From a candidate division FCPU426 bacterium (GTDB taxonomy: Bacteria; Oederibacteriota; Muellerivitia; Muellerivitales; Muellerivitaceae), in assembly GCA_003152075.1 (NCBI GenBank), contig PLZG01000064.1, forward strand, positions 31 to 64,030: 64,000 nucleotides of DNA. Direction: 5' to 3'. Shown here piece by piece: positions 17,326 to 26,869 of this stretch. The position numbers were made by a program, and so were the translations under genes. Under the pieces are notes generated by a model. It was given only the letters and a program-made list of their open reading frames with translations. It had not been told where the DNA came from and made no database searches. How positions within the stretch are numbered: position 1 is the first letter of the stretch; each line of letters begins with the position of its first letter.

Positions 17326-19674
17326 CTAATTCTTTGCTTGGTCGATGAATTTGTCTAAAGATTGAATGGAAGGGTTTTTTTCTGAGGTCGGGTGAAGGTC
17401 TTTTAGCGCCTCGAAGTCGGCCAAGGCTTTTTTCTTCTCTTTCTCCGATAAATAAAGGATTCCCCGGCAATAGTAAGCCTCGGCGCTGGAAGTGTTCCCT
17501 CGGACGGCCTCGTCAATATCTTGGAAAGCCGTCTTTTTATCCCCTGATTTATAGGCGTCAAACGCCATTTGGGCCAAGACTTTGGAAGTAAAGGCCCGGT
17601 CTAATTTAAAAGAATTATCAATTTGTTGCTGTGCTTTATCTTCCTGCCCGGTTTTCTTTAAGGCCATGGCCCAGTTCAGGATAAAGAAGGGGCTGGCGGG
17701 TGCCCATTTGACCGCGTTGTCAAAGGCTTCTTCCGCTTTGGGCAAATACTGAGGGTCAGTTTGGCTCAGGTTGTTATAAATTCTCCCTTGGTCATTATAG
17801 TAGTAGGCGTTGGCGGGGCTCATTTCGGCGGATTTTTGATAGCAATGAAGAGCTTCCATTCTCCAATCCCGCGCGTGTTCGGTATCCAGCTGGGCCTTTT
17901 GCTCAAAAGCCAAACCCAAGTAAAGAAGGTACTTCACATCCAAGGGACAAAGCATGACGGCTTTCTTTAATTCCATAATTTCATAGTCAGAATATTCATT
18001 GAGGGAGCCCTGATCCATTTGAGGGTCTGGTTTCTTAAGCATTTCAGAAACAGCGCTTCCACGGCCAAAGGCAATGTCAGCGCCCAGGCGGGGAAGAGGG
18101 ATAAAAAGAATCAAGAAAATTAGAAGGACTATTATGGTTACTCGGATAAAGCGAGTTGGGCCGAAATAAGTTAGTTCGGGGGAAGTAGAAACGGTGTTTT
18201 TTCGATAAAAGTATTGAACGATCGCCAAATGGATAAACCAAAGGAAATTAATTTCCGCCACGCCAAAGCTGAATAGGTTTTGGACATGGTATGCCACCGC
18301 TGAAGCCAAAACCGCCGTTAGCAACCATTGGGCGGGAGGGTTGACGGATTGATAACTCTTCCACCACATATAGCCAAAGGCCAATAGAACACTTAAATAG
18401 GCCCCCAGCCCTAACAACCCCGTGGTGGCCGCCACTTGCAGGAGCTCGTTATGGGCCATGCGGGAGCTCATGAACATTCCATCAATCAAATTGAACTCGA
18501 TCCCGCTGTAAAAAGGGAAGGCGATTTTAAAGGTATCCAGACCCACCCCGACGATTGGATTTTTTTTGATAATTTGGATGGCGGGACGCCAGATATGTAA
18601 CCGGGAAGTTTCCAGGCTTTTTTGCACATGAACGATCGAATCGGACAAGCGGCCCACGAAAGAATGGCCAAATACCCCAATGAGTATGAGGAGGGCTAGG
18701 AGACAGGCTCCAAAATAAAGTTTAGGAATAGTTGCCATCTTTTGTCGAAACGGAGTTAACAAATCGCTTTTACGATAGGAAAGAATCAGCCAAAACCCGG
18801 TCCCTACCACGGCACCCAATAGCCCCCCACGGCTTGCGGTGCTGAAAAGTCCTAAACCAAAGACTGTTAAGCCGATGAGAAGGGTTTGCCAAGATTGAAA
18901 AAGGCGCAAACGGACAAAGGTTATGGAGAGGAGGGCTAAGCCAAGTGTTCTGGCGGGAAAACTCAAGGCGCTAGAGGGGGTTAAGTTGAGAAGGGAAAGG
19001 CCTTTGGGTGTGCCCAGCAATAATAAAAAAATGCCTAGAAGCCCAATAAAACTCCAAAAGGGCCCCGGTTGGCGGGTTGGGACCGGCCCTTGGGAAAAGG
19101 CTTTTAGGGAGACGCATAAATATAGGGGAATCGACATGGCTAGGTAGGCAGAAAGGAAATTGGGGTTGCCCAGTGAGGCGAATTCACGGGTTGAGTTTAC
19201 CGATTCAGGGTTCCAATGGATGAAATCAAACCCGTAATGCTGGCCGATGGCGTAAAGCGAAGAGAGAAAGGCCGCCAGGGAGTTAAAGTAAAATATTTTC
19301 TCGATTTTCGTGTCGTTTAATAACCGGTTGAGGGCCCAAAACCATAAAAAATAAGCAGTAAGCGTGGTTAATCCCGCGAAATTCTCGTAGTCCCCTAAAA
19401 GGCTGGTTCGCCAACTCAAACTGTTCGCGGGAAGCGAGGAAAGGGCTTGCGTCATGAAGAAGGCGCCAAGGGACCAGGTGAGAGGCGTTGATGGAAATGA
19501 ATTGTTCTCTTTCAGTTGAAAATAGAGGAGCGGAAGCGTGAGAAGAAGAAGAAAAGTCAGCTTAGGGAGTTCAAATTGGTCCCGGCTTTGGGTGAAAAAT
19601 AAAAGCGGGGTGAGAAAAACGGCCAAAACAGTTAAAAGATCGAGCAATTTGTTGGTTATTCGGGAATTTGACAA
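17326..19674 (-). CDS. O-antigen ligase-like (Wzy_C) polytopic membrane protein with C-terminal TPR repeats
   Basis: The N-terminal ~470 aa carry more than 10 TM helices, consistent with the Wzy_C/O-antigen-ligase family. The C-terminal ~300 aa carry TPR repeats (AEAYYCRGILYLSEKEKKKALADFEALKDLHP). Confidence 0.55.
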   Translation of the reverse strand: MSNSRITNKLLDLLTVLAVFLTPLLFFTQSRDQFELPKLTFLLLLTLPLLYFQLKENNSFPSTPLTWSLGAFFMTQALSSLPANSLSWRTSLLGDYENFAGLTTLTAYFLWFWALNRLLNDTKIEKIFYFNSLAAFLSSLYAIGQHYGFDFIHWNPESVNSTREFASLGNPNFLSAYLAMSIPLYLCVSLKAFSQGPVPTRQPGPFWSFIGLLGIFLLLLGTPKGLSLLNLTPSSALSFPARTLGLALLSITFVRLRLFQSWQTLLIGLTVFGLGLFSTASRGGLLGAVVGTGFWLILSYRKSDLLTPFRQKMATIPKLYFGACLLALLILIGVFGHSFVGRLSDSIVHVQKSLETSRLHIWRPAIQIIKKNPIVGVGLDTFKIAFPFYSGIEFNLIDGMFMSSRMAHNELLQVAATTGLLGLGAYLSVLLAFGYMWWKSYQSVNPPAQWLLTAVLASAVAYHVQNLFSFGVAEINFLWFIHLAIVQYFYRKNTVSTSPELTYFGPTRFIRVTIIVLLIFLILFIPLPRLGADIAFGRGSAVSEMLKKPDPQMDQGSLNEYSDYEIMELKKAVMLCPLDVKYLLYLGLAFEQKAQLDTEHARDWRMEALHCYQKSAEMSPANAYYYNDQGRIYNNLSQTDPQYLPKAEEAFDNAVKWAPASPFFILNWAMALKKTGQEDKAQQQIDNSFKLDRAFTSKVLAQMAFDAYKSGDKKTAFQDIDEAVRGNTSSAEAYYCRGILYLSEKEKKKALADFEALKDLHPTSEKNPSIQSLDKFIDQAKN

Positions 19675-19796
19675 AGACGATATCCTTTTGAATGAGAAGA
19701 AAAAAATATTTTATCACCGACAGGTTAAAAAATATTTTTCGCGCCCGTTGTGTTTCTAAAAAAATTCTTCTAAGCGGTTAAAAACCCTTTATTTCC

Positions 19797-19825
19797 TTGA
19801 CAGTATAACGGTTAGATTTATACTT
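19797..19825 (+). promoter_or_regulatory. Sigma70-like promoter candidate for speE (TTGACA-16-TATACT)
   Basis: ttgacagtataacggttagatttatact lies ~35 nt upstream of the speE ATG. Confidence 0.3.
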
Positions 19826-19859
19826 AAGAAAATTCCTAACAAATTTTTTAATTTTCTAA

Positions 19860-20819
19860 ATGGAGTCCCATTTCATGAGCGATACGATCAGCCCGCATTG
19901 GCATATTGAATTTTTCGCCCCTGATGAAGCCCATATGCGCGGGATCTCCAAGATTTACGCTTCCGAGAAAACCCCCTTTCAACAAGTTGAAGTCATTCAA
20001 TCCAACCATTACGGCAAATGCCTGATCCTGGACGGCCATATGCAATCGGCCCAAGTGGATGAGTTCATTTACCACGAAAACCTCGTTCATCCGGCCATGG
20101 TGGCCTGTCCCAACCCCAAAAAGGTAGTCATTATCGGCGGGGGGGAAGGGGCTACGCTTTATGAGGTCTTGAGGCACAATACGGTCGAAAAAGCCTGGAT
20201 GATCGACATCGACAAGCGCGTTGTGGAATTGTGCGATGAATATATGCCCGAGTGGCACAGGGGCGCCTTTAAGGATAAAAGGACGATCCTGATGTTTAAG
20301 GACGGCCGGAAATTCCTTGAAAAGAGCAAGGAAAAGTTCGACGTGATCATCATTGATATACCCGAACCCGTTGAGGCGGGACCCGCTTATTTGCTTTATA
20401 CGGAAGAGTTTTACCGAATGGTGGCGGAGAAGCTTTCGGATAACGGTATCGTGTCGCTTCAATCGGGCTGCTCGGCGGAAAAAGAGCTCCTTTGCCTGGC
20501 CGCGGTTCATAACACCCTTAAAAAGGTTTTTCCGTTGGTCTATTCCTGGCCGGCGAACGTGCCTTCCTTCGATATTCCCTGGAGTTTCACCATTGCTTCC
20601 AAATCGGTGGACCCTAAGGCCTTGAAGCGTGACCAGGTGGATAAGATATTGAAAGAACGAAAAATCGGTCATTTGAAATATTACGACGGGGAAACCCATG
20701 AGGGCCTATTTTTCATCCCCAAGTACATCCGGGATGGGTTTGTTAAGATCAAGGACATCATCCGCGATAATAAACCTCTCACTTACCGTTTCATTGGAGA
20801 GGAAAAGAGCTCAAGGTAA
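19860..20819 (+). CDS. speE: Polyamine aminopropyltransferase (spermidine synthase)
   Basis: QQVEVIQSNHYGKCLILDGHMQSAQVDEFIYHENLVHPAM...VVIIGGGEGATLYEVLRH...MIDIDKRVV are SpeE family motifs. Confidence 0.85.
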   Translation: MESHFMSDTISPHWHIEFFAPDEAHMRGISKIYASEKTPFQQVEVIQSNHYGKCLILDGHMQSAQVDEFIYHENLVHPAMVACPNPKKVVIIGGGEGATLYEVLRHNTVEKAWMIDIDKRVVELCDEYMPEWHRGAFKDKRTILMFKDGRKFLEKSKEKFDVIIIDIPEPVEAGPAYLLYTEEFYRMVAEKLSDNGIVSLQSGCSAEKELLCLAAVHNTLKKVFPLVYSWPANVPSFDIPWSFTIASKSVDPKALKRDQVDKILKERKIGHLKYYDGETHEGLFFIPKYIRDGFVKIKDIIRDNKPLTYRFIGEEKSSR

Positions 20820-21055
20820 AGTCCTATACGAAGGCCAGGATAAAACTACGCTAATTGAAGGACCGCAAGTTAGGCGAATTTAAATATTAAAACGGCGAGA
20901 CCCTTGTGGGGATGTCCCCTAGGACGGATTCGCCAAGGTCAAAGACGCGATCCGGGACGACAACAACCCGGGCTACCGTTTCATTGGAGAGGAGAAGAAC
21001 ACTAAATAAATGTCCCTATACGACGGCCAAGATAAAACCCCCCTCTTCGACGCCA
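20764..21055 (+). repeat. Diverged tandem duplication of the speE-3'-end / decarboxylase-5'-end junction
   Basis: The speE tail DGFVKIKDIIRDNKPLTYRFIGEEKSSR* (20740-20819) recurs as DGFAKVKDAIRDDNNPGYRFIGEEKNTK* (20925-21008). The decarboxylase head MSLYDGQDKTPLF (21010) recurs as (K)VLYEGQDKTTLIEG (20822-20870). Confidence 0.7.
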
Positions 21056-22527
21056 TTGTCCGCTACGCCAACGAAAACAAAATTTCCTTCCATACCCCCG
21101 GCCATAAGCACGGCGTTGGAATCCACAAGATTTTCCGCCAATTTGTCGGCGAAAAGGTTTTCCGCCTAGATCTTTCCGTCATGAGCGAGGTGGACTCCCT
21201 CCATGAGCCCAGTTCGGTTATCAAGGAAGCTCAAGTGCTGGCCGCAAAGGCCTACGGCGCCGAATATTCTTTTTTCCTCGTCAATGGCACCACGGGCGGC
21301 AACCAGGCCATGATCCTTTCGGTGTGCGACCCGGGCGACAAGATCATCATTCCCCGAAACGCCCATAAATCCGTCATCTCGGCTGTCATCTTGGCGGGGG
21401 CGGAGCCGGTTTATGTGATGCCGAAAATCGATGAAGTATCCGACCTGATCCTCAACTTGACGCCCGAACAGGTGGAGGAAGCCTGTCGCCAGCACCCGGA
21501 TGCCAAAGCCGTGTTGATTACCAGCCCGACTTATTTTGGCCTAACGGCCGACTTGGAAGCCATCGCGGAGATCGTCCACCAATACGACAAGATCCTTCTT
21601 GTGGACGAGGCCCATGGGGGACACCTTCACTTCCATCCCTCATTCCCGAAATCCGCCATCGATTCGGGAGCTGACATGTGCGTTCAATCCACCCACAAGC
21701 ACTTGGCGGCATTAAGCCAGGGTTCCATGCTTCACGTAAAGGGAGTCCGGGTGGACATCCTTCGGTTGAAAACTACCCTCCAGATGCTTCAAACCACAAG
21801 CCCCTCCTATGTCATTCTTGGCTCCCTCGACCTTTCCCGTTATCAAATGGTTCATGAGGGCGAGAAGTTGATGGCGGGGGTGATAGACCTTTGCGAAAAA
21901 GCCCGGGCCGAGATCAACGGGATTCCCGGTCTCACCTGCCTGACCCGGGAGCAAGTCCGCAAGATCCCCTCCCTGGACCTGGACGTCACCAAATTAACCA
22001 TCTCCACCAAAGGCCTGTGCACTGGTTACGACATGGCAAAGATTCTCAATTCCGAATACGGGATTCAAACCGAGATGTCGGACTTCCAGAATATCCTTCT
22101 TTTCGTTTCCCTCGGGAACACCCCCAAGGAACTCAAGAGGTTCGTGAAAGCCTTGAAAAAGATCGTCGTGGATTACAAGGACATGTTCATGAACTTGAAG
22201 AAGCGCAAAAGGATCGTTTTTCCCACTTTTATCCCTCGGAAGGAATTAAATCCACGGGAAGCCCTGACCAAATTAACCCGCAAGATCCCCTTCAAACGGT
22301 CGGTGGGAAAGGTCTGCGCGGAAATTATCTGTCCCTATCCCCCCGGCATTCCGGTGCTTTGCCCCGGGGAAGTTGTCACCCAGGAGATTTACAACTACCT
22401 GATGAGCGTTTTGGACTCTGGCGCGAGGATTAACGGCCAATCGGATGGCCGGTTGCAGACCATCAAAGTTTTAGAGGACCTCCCCACCACCGGCTTAGGA
22501 CAGAAAAAGCTTTTTGCTATTGGATAA
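21010..22527 (+). CDS. PLP-dependent Orn/Lys/Arg decarboxylase family protein (likely arginine decarboxylase, polyamine synthesis)
   Basis: FHTPGHKHG...SFFLVNGTTGGNQAMI...STHKHLAALSQGSMLHVKG carries the PLP-lysine motif S.HK of the OKR_DC_1 family. It is adjacent to speE. Confidence 0.8.
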   Translation: MSLYDGQDKTPLFDAIVRYANENKISFHTPGHKHGVGIHKIFRQFVGEKVFRLDLSVMSEVDSLHEPSSVIKEAQVLAAKAYGAEYSFFLVNGTTGGNQAMILSVCDPGDKIIIPRNAHKSVISAVILAGAEPVYVMPKIDEVSDLILNLTPEQVEEACRQHPDAKAVLITSPTYFGLTADLEAIAEIVHQYDKILLVDEAHGGHLHFHPSFPKSAIDSGADMCVQSTHKHLAALSQGSMLHVKGVRVDILRLKTTLQMLQTTSPSYVILGSLDLSRYQMVHEGEKLMAGVIDLCEKARAEINGIPGLTCLTREQVRKIPSLDLDVTKLTISTKGLCTGYDMAKILNSEYGIQTEMSDFQNILLFVSLGNTPKELKRFVKALKKIVVDYKDMFMNLKKRKRIVFPTFIPRKELNPREALTKLTRKIPFKRSVGKVCAEIICPYPPGIPVLCPGEVVTQEIYNYLMSVLDSGARINGQSDGRLQTIKVLEDLPTTGLGQKKLFAIG

Positions 22528-22610
22528 AACCCGTTGTCCGTCCTTCGTCGTCTGTTTTCGCTAAGGTTGGAAAAGACTAAGATTCCTCCCTTGATTATGA
22601 CGAAGGACGG

Positions 22611-23309
22611 ATGACGAACGACGTATTCTCATTCGCAGGAGTTTTCATGGCCCCTCTGCAGGACGCTTTATCCAAATTACGCGAAAACAAAGCCGTCTAT
22701 CTGCGGCGGGTTGGCACAACGAAATGGGAAAAAAGTCGTGTGGAAACGGTATTGGGGAAAATAATTCATGTGGCCCATCCTACCGAGAAGGGGCGGTTAT
22801 GGTCCATTTCCGCCAAGGAAAACCTGGAAATCGGTTTTTCCGCCGGAGAAGAGTTTTACAGATTTTTGAGCGCGGTGCTGGAAGTCCGGCGCAAGCCAGT
22901 GCCCCTGCTGATCCTGCAGAGACCCTCCGGGAGTGAACTGGTCCAGGTCCAGCGACGAAGGTCTCCCCGGGTTAATTCCCTTATCCCCCTATCCTATGAA
23001 ATCATGGGAGGGGTTGGCTTGATGACGACCCGCCATACCTTGGCTCTCAGCTTAAGCGCCAGCGGCCTATCCTTTAATTCCCCCGAACCTATCTCCCCTG
23101 AAATCGGGTTAAGGATTGAGATTCAAATTCCGAATGTTACCGGAAGCCTATCGACAAGGGGAGAGGTCGTCGCCTGTTCCAAGGTTTTGCATTCAAGGGA
23201 AGAACGCTACAAAATCCGGGTCAAATTCGACCTGATTTCCGCCTCGAACCGGGTTCGGATCAATGAGTTTGTGCGTCACAAAACGGAAGCCCAAAAGGCC
23301 AGGGAATAG
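22611..23309 (+). CDS. YcgR-like PilZ-domain protein
   Basis: The C-terminal half carries QRRRSPRVNSLIPLSY (RxxxR) and LSLSASGLSFNS (DxSxxG-like). The N-terminal half is YcgR-N-like. Confidence 0.55.
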   Translation: MTNDVFSFAGVFMAPLQDALSKLRENKAVYLRRVGTTKWEKSRVETVLGKIIHVAHPTEKGRLWSISAKENLEIGFSAGEEFYRFLSAVLEVRRKPVPLLILQRPSGSELVQVQRRRSPRVNSLIPLSYEIMGGVGLMTTRHTLALSLSASGLSFNSPEPISPEIGLRIEIQIPNVTGSLSTRGEVVACSKVLHSREERYKIRVKFDLISASNRVRINEFVRHKTEAQKARE

Positions 23310-23319
23310 CAAAGACGTT

Positions 23320-24399
23320 TTATTTCGCCATGTCCTTGGAGAGGGCGTTTAGGTACGCCATAATCGAGTCCTTGGCCGTGTTGTCGATTCCAGCTTTTAG
23401 TTTCATCTTGGCCATAATTTTATCCCATCCATCCATCGTGAATTCCGCCGGCTCATGAATCGAGTGGCACTTTTGGCAGTTATTTGAGTAAAGTTCCCTG
23501 CCTTTTATTAAGTCCTCCAAACTTACCGCATTCGTAATTTTTGATAACCGTTCGGCATCCATTTCGTTAGGCATTGGCAAGAAAACATTTTTAGGCGCGG
23601 GGTTGGCATCCAAGGCGATGGAAAATCCAAGTTGGATTTGTGTTCGCTGGCTGTTGAGCAGGTCCAATCCCGAACCCCGAAAATTGACGAGCTGGGGCAA
23701 GAAGGTGAGGGTGGCCCACCAATCTTCCCCCGAATAGGATAGGACGGGCCCGGCCGAGAAGAGGGAAGCGGTTATTGGGGAGGCGGTGTCATACCAGAAG
23801 TTCCAATATTGGACTTCCAGGCCACAGAAAAACCGCTCTGAAACGAGGAAGTAGCCGAAGCCAATAGAAGGAATGATTGAAAAACCCAAGGTGTTGTGTA
23901 TGTAGTGAAATTCCGGCTCGTTGGTAAGGTTGAAGGTCCAGAGCCAGTTGCCCATTCTTTTATCCAAGATCACCTTCGTCTCAAGTTCATATTCGTCCGG
24001 CTTGAAGCCATTTTCCAGGTATAATCCCAAGCCGAAGTCGTCCGTTAAATTGTCCATCAGCTTGAATTTCCATTCGTTTGAAATGCCATCGGCCAGGAAA
24101 CTGTTTTTAATCTTTCCGGTCCCGTCGTCGGCCATTTCCTGGGTGAAATTCAGGTAAAGGGAAGTTTGAACGCCTCCCCCCAGGCCCAACTCGAATTCCA
24201 ATCGCTGGTCTAGCGCCGAGTAATATCGATCCCGGCCAAACCTGTAATCCGAATAGGTTTCCAATTCTTTCTGACCGCTTTGCAGAATGGGTGACTCATA
24301 ACTGAAACCAAAATGCCTTTCGCTGGCAAAAGAAGGCAGGCCGGCCAGGCCAAGGGCAACAGCCAATCCGCAACAATGGGTAAAAAATCTGAGACCCAT
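23320..24399 (-). CDS. Secreted protein with outer-membrane beta-barrel-like body and C-terminal mono-haem cytochrome c domain
   Basis: A signal peptide MGLRFFTHCCGLAVALGLAGLPSFA is present. The body has alternating-hydrophobic beta-strand-rich stretches with aromatic-rich termini. The C terminus reads LYSNNCQKCHSIHEP (CxxCH) ...MAYLNALSK. Confidence 0.45.
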   Translation of the reverse strand: MGLRFFTHCCGLAVALGLAGLPSFASERHFGFSYESPILQSGQKELETYSDYRFGRDRYYSALDQRLEFELGLGGGVQTSLYLNFTQEMADDGTGKIKNSFLADGISNEWKFKLMDNLTDDFGLGLYLENGFKPDEYELETKVILDKRMGNWLWTFNLTNEPEFHYIHNTLGFSIIPSIGFGYFLVSERFFCGLEVQYWNFWYDTASPITASLFSAGPVLSYSGEDWWATLTFLPQLVNFRGSGLDLLNSQRTQIQLGFSIALDANPAPKNVFLPMPNEMDAERLSKITNAVSLEDLIKGRELYSNNCQKCHSIHEPAEFTMDGWDKIMAKMKLKAGIDNTAKDSIMAYLNALSKDMAK

Positions 24400-24512
24400 A
24401 GAAACTCCTTTTGATTAATTCAAAACATTTTCGATGTATGATATTGATAATCATTATCAATATAGGGGCGCAAATGTCAAACTAGATTTTTTTCTTAAGA
24501 AAAAAAGGCGGG

Positions 24513-25613
24513 TTAGACGGCGGCTTTTTGGACTTCGTGGAAACTCCGGACGCAATTGCGGCCGCTGGCTTTGGCCTCATACATAGCCTTGTCGGCCCGA
24601 TCGATGAATGTCACACTTCCGATTCCCTCGGCGCTTTCGTAAGTGTCCACTCCGATACTCACGGAAACTTGAAGGGTGCGGCCCCTTACCATGACCTCAT
24701 AGTGGCTCAAAACTTCCTGGATGCGGTGGGCCAAGATCATGGCGCCTTCCTGCGCTGTAGCGGGTAACACGGCCACAAATTCGTCCCCGGCGTAACGCGC
24801 CACTAAATCCGTGGTCCGGAAAAGGGAGGAAAGTTTTTGGGAAATCTGTTTCAAGAATTGATCGCCGATGGAATGGCCGAAGGAGTCGTTAATTTCCTTG
24901 AAATGGTCGATATCAATGAAAATAAGCGAGAGGGACTGCCGGTAGCGCTTGGCTCGATTAAGCTCGTAATCCAGTATCTGGTTAAAGTAGCGGCGATTGT
25001 AAAGCCCGGTTAAGGTATCCCGAAGGGCCATTTCTTCCACTTTGGCGAAAAGTTTCGCGTTTTCAATGGTTAAAGCGGCTTGGCGTGAAAAAATGAAAAG
25101 GATTTCCTGGTGTAATAGGGCGGAAGTTTTTTCATATACCAAAAGCCCAACCATTTGATCCCGGATTTCCAAGGCCACCAGCTCTGCGTTTTTGAGTTCC
25201 AGATCTTTCTCGACCAGGAGAGCCAAACTGCTTTTTTCAAAATTAGGGTTAGCCGCGTGGACCGGTGAGATATTCGTCCTGAGCAGATCCGATTCTTCCT
25301 CAAGAGTTAAAAGAAAATTGGTTTCCGATAATTTTTTGTCGTTAAGGCCAATGGCCGCGCTTCCCTTTAAACTGAAGGAGGATTCGTCCTTGATGAAGAT
25401 AGCCGCTTTAGAAATTCCGGTCCCGCTCTTGAGGCCCCTCAGGATTGATTTAAGGAGGGAAGACAAAGGTTTAGAGAATTGGAGTTCGGCGCTGGCATGA
25501 TACAATGACATGAGACCCTGGTTCAGGGTAGCCATTTGGTTGCTCAATGAATCATTTTGAGCCGGGGCAACGGCTTTAGCGCTTTGAGAAGCGCCTGGTT
25601 TCTTCGTAGGCAA
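24513..25613 (-). CDS. GAF-GGDEF diguanylate cyclase-type protein (A-site variant AGDEF)
   Basis: The GGDEF domain includes RDTLTGLYNRRYF...IDIDHFKEINDSFGH...VARYAGDEFVAVLP...ADKAMYEAKASGRNCV. An N-terminal GAF-like sensor is present. Confidence 0.8.
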   Translation of the reverse strand: MPTKKPGASQSAKAVAPAQNDSLSNQMATLNQGLMSLYHASAELQFSKPLSSLLKSILRGLKSGTGISKAAIFIKDESSFSLKGSAAIGLNDKKLSETNFLLTLEEESDLLRTNISPVHAANPNFEKSSLALLVEKDLELKNAELVALEIRDQMVGLLVYEKTSALLHQEILFIFSRQAALTIENAKLFAKVEEMALRDTLTGLYNRRYFNQILDYELNRAKRYRQSLSLIFIDIDHFKEINDSFGHSIGDQFLKQISQKLSSLFRTTDLVARYAGDEFVAVLPATAQEGAMILAHRIQEVLSHYEVMVRGRTLQVSVSIGVDTYESAEGIGSVTFIDRADKAMYEAKASGRNCVRSFHEVQKAAV

Positions 25614-25807
25614 TTTATTTTCCCGTTATTTCAAAACAGGTTTTGGCGTTGATGTGGAATAGTTAGGGGTTATTATGCGGTAAAGGCTTTCTCTGGGGTA
25701 GCCAAAAAACAGTCAGATTTGGAAAATGTTTTCCCCTAGATTCTTCAGTTTTAGCTGTTTTTAGTGCACTAAAATGGAAGCAATATTTTAGCCTTTTCTT
25801 AAATGGG

Positions 25808-26854
25808 ATGAGCGTTAATCTGGGGCATGAAAGGGGTTTCATGGCGATCAAAAAATCCACACTCCTGATTACCGGCGGAGCTGGTTATATCGGCAGCCAT
25901 GCGGCTTTGGAAGCCGACCGGCACGGCTTCAAACCGGTCCTATTCGATAATTTGTCCATGGGTCATTCCTGGGCGGCCAAAAGCGGGGAATTGGTGAAGG
26001 GGGAGTTGGCTGATCGGGCAAAGCTTTTGAAGGTTTTTGGAAAATTCAAGCCGGTGGCGGTCATGCATTTCGCGTCCCATACTTACGTGGGTGAGTCGGT
26101 TACTGATCCCCAGAAGTATTACCGAGACAACCTAACCAATGCCATGAACCTTTTTTCCGTTATGCTTGAAAAAAATGTCAACTATTTCATTCTTTCCTCT
26201 ACTTGCGCGACATATGGTAACCCGGTTCAAGTTCCCATGCCGGAAACCCATCCTCAGAACCCTGTAAACCCCTATGGTGATTCCAAGTTAATGCTGGAAA
26301 AGATCCTGACTTGGTATGACAAGGCTTATGGATTGAAATCGACATTCCTAAGATATTTCAACGCGGCAGGGGCGGATGAATCGGGATCCATTGGAGAGGT
26401 TCATGACCCTGAGACCCACTTGATTCCCTTGGTTTTAGACGTCGCCATGGGTCGCCGAAAAAACATCACTGTTTTCGGAACGGATTATCCCACCCCCGAT
26501 GGCACCTGCGTTCGAGATTACATTCATGTGACAGACCTAGCCGGGGCCCATTTCCTCGCCCTCCAAAGGATGTTGGAAACGAGCAATAGCGACTTTTTCA
26601 ATCTGGGCACGGGAAAAGGTTATTCGGTGAAAGAGGTCATAACGGAAGCCGAAAAGGTTACGGGTAAGAAAATCTCGGTAGAATTTGGTGCTCGACGGGC
26701 GGGTGATCCGCCCGAACTGGTAGCAAAGGCGGATAAAGCAAAAACAATATTGAAATGGGTTCCCCAACATTCCAGCCTGGAAAATATCCTGAGAACTGCC
26801 TGGAAATGGAACCAGGGTTATTTTGGCAAGAAAATCGGGAAGAACAAAAAATAA
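25808..26854 (+). CDS. galE: UDP-glucose 4-epimerase
   Basis: LITGGAGYIGSH is the Rossmann motif and YGDSK is the catalytic YxxxK. The probable start is MAIKK at 25841. Confidence 0.85.
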   Translation: MSVNLGHERGFMAIKKSTLLITGGAGYIGSHAALEADRHGFKPVLFDNLSMGHSWAAKSGELVKGELADRAKLLKVFGKFKPVAVMHFASHTYVGESVTDPQKYYRDNLTNAMNLFSVMLEKNVNYFILSSTCATYGNPVQVPMPETHPQNPVNPYGDSKLMLEKILTWYDKAYGLKSTFLRYFNAAGADESGSIGEVHDPETHLIPLVLDVAMGRRKNITVFGTDYPTPDGTCVRDYIHVTDLAGAHFLALQRMLETSNSDFFNLGTGKGYSVKEVITEAEKVTGKKISVEFGARRAGDPPELVAKADKAKTILKWVPQHSSLENILRTAWKWNQGYFGKKIGKNKK

Positions 26855-26869
26855 GTAACTGCCAGCTGG

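Noticed and set aside
20906-21169. 87-aa ORF spanning the junction duplication into the decarboxylase gene.
   Set aside because: It is out of frame with the decarboxylase and has a low-complexity product. It arises from the duplicated junction sequence.
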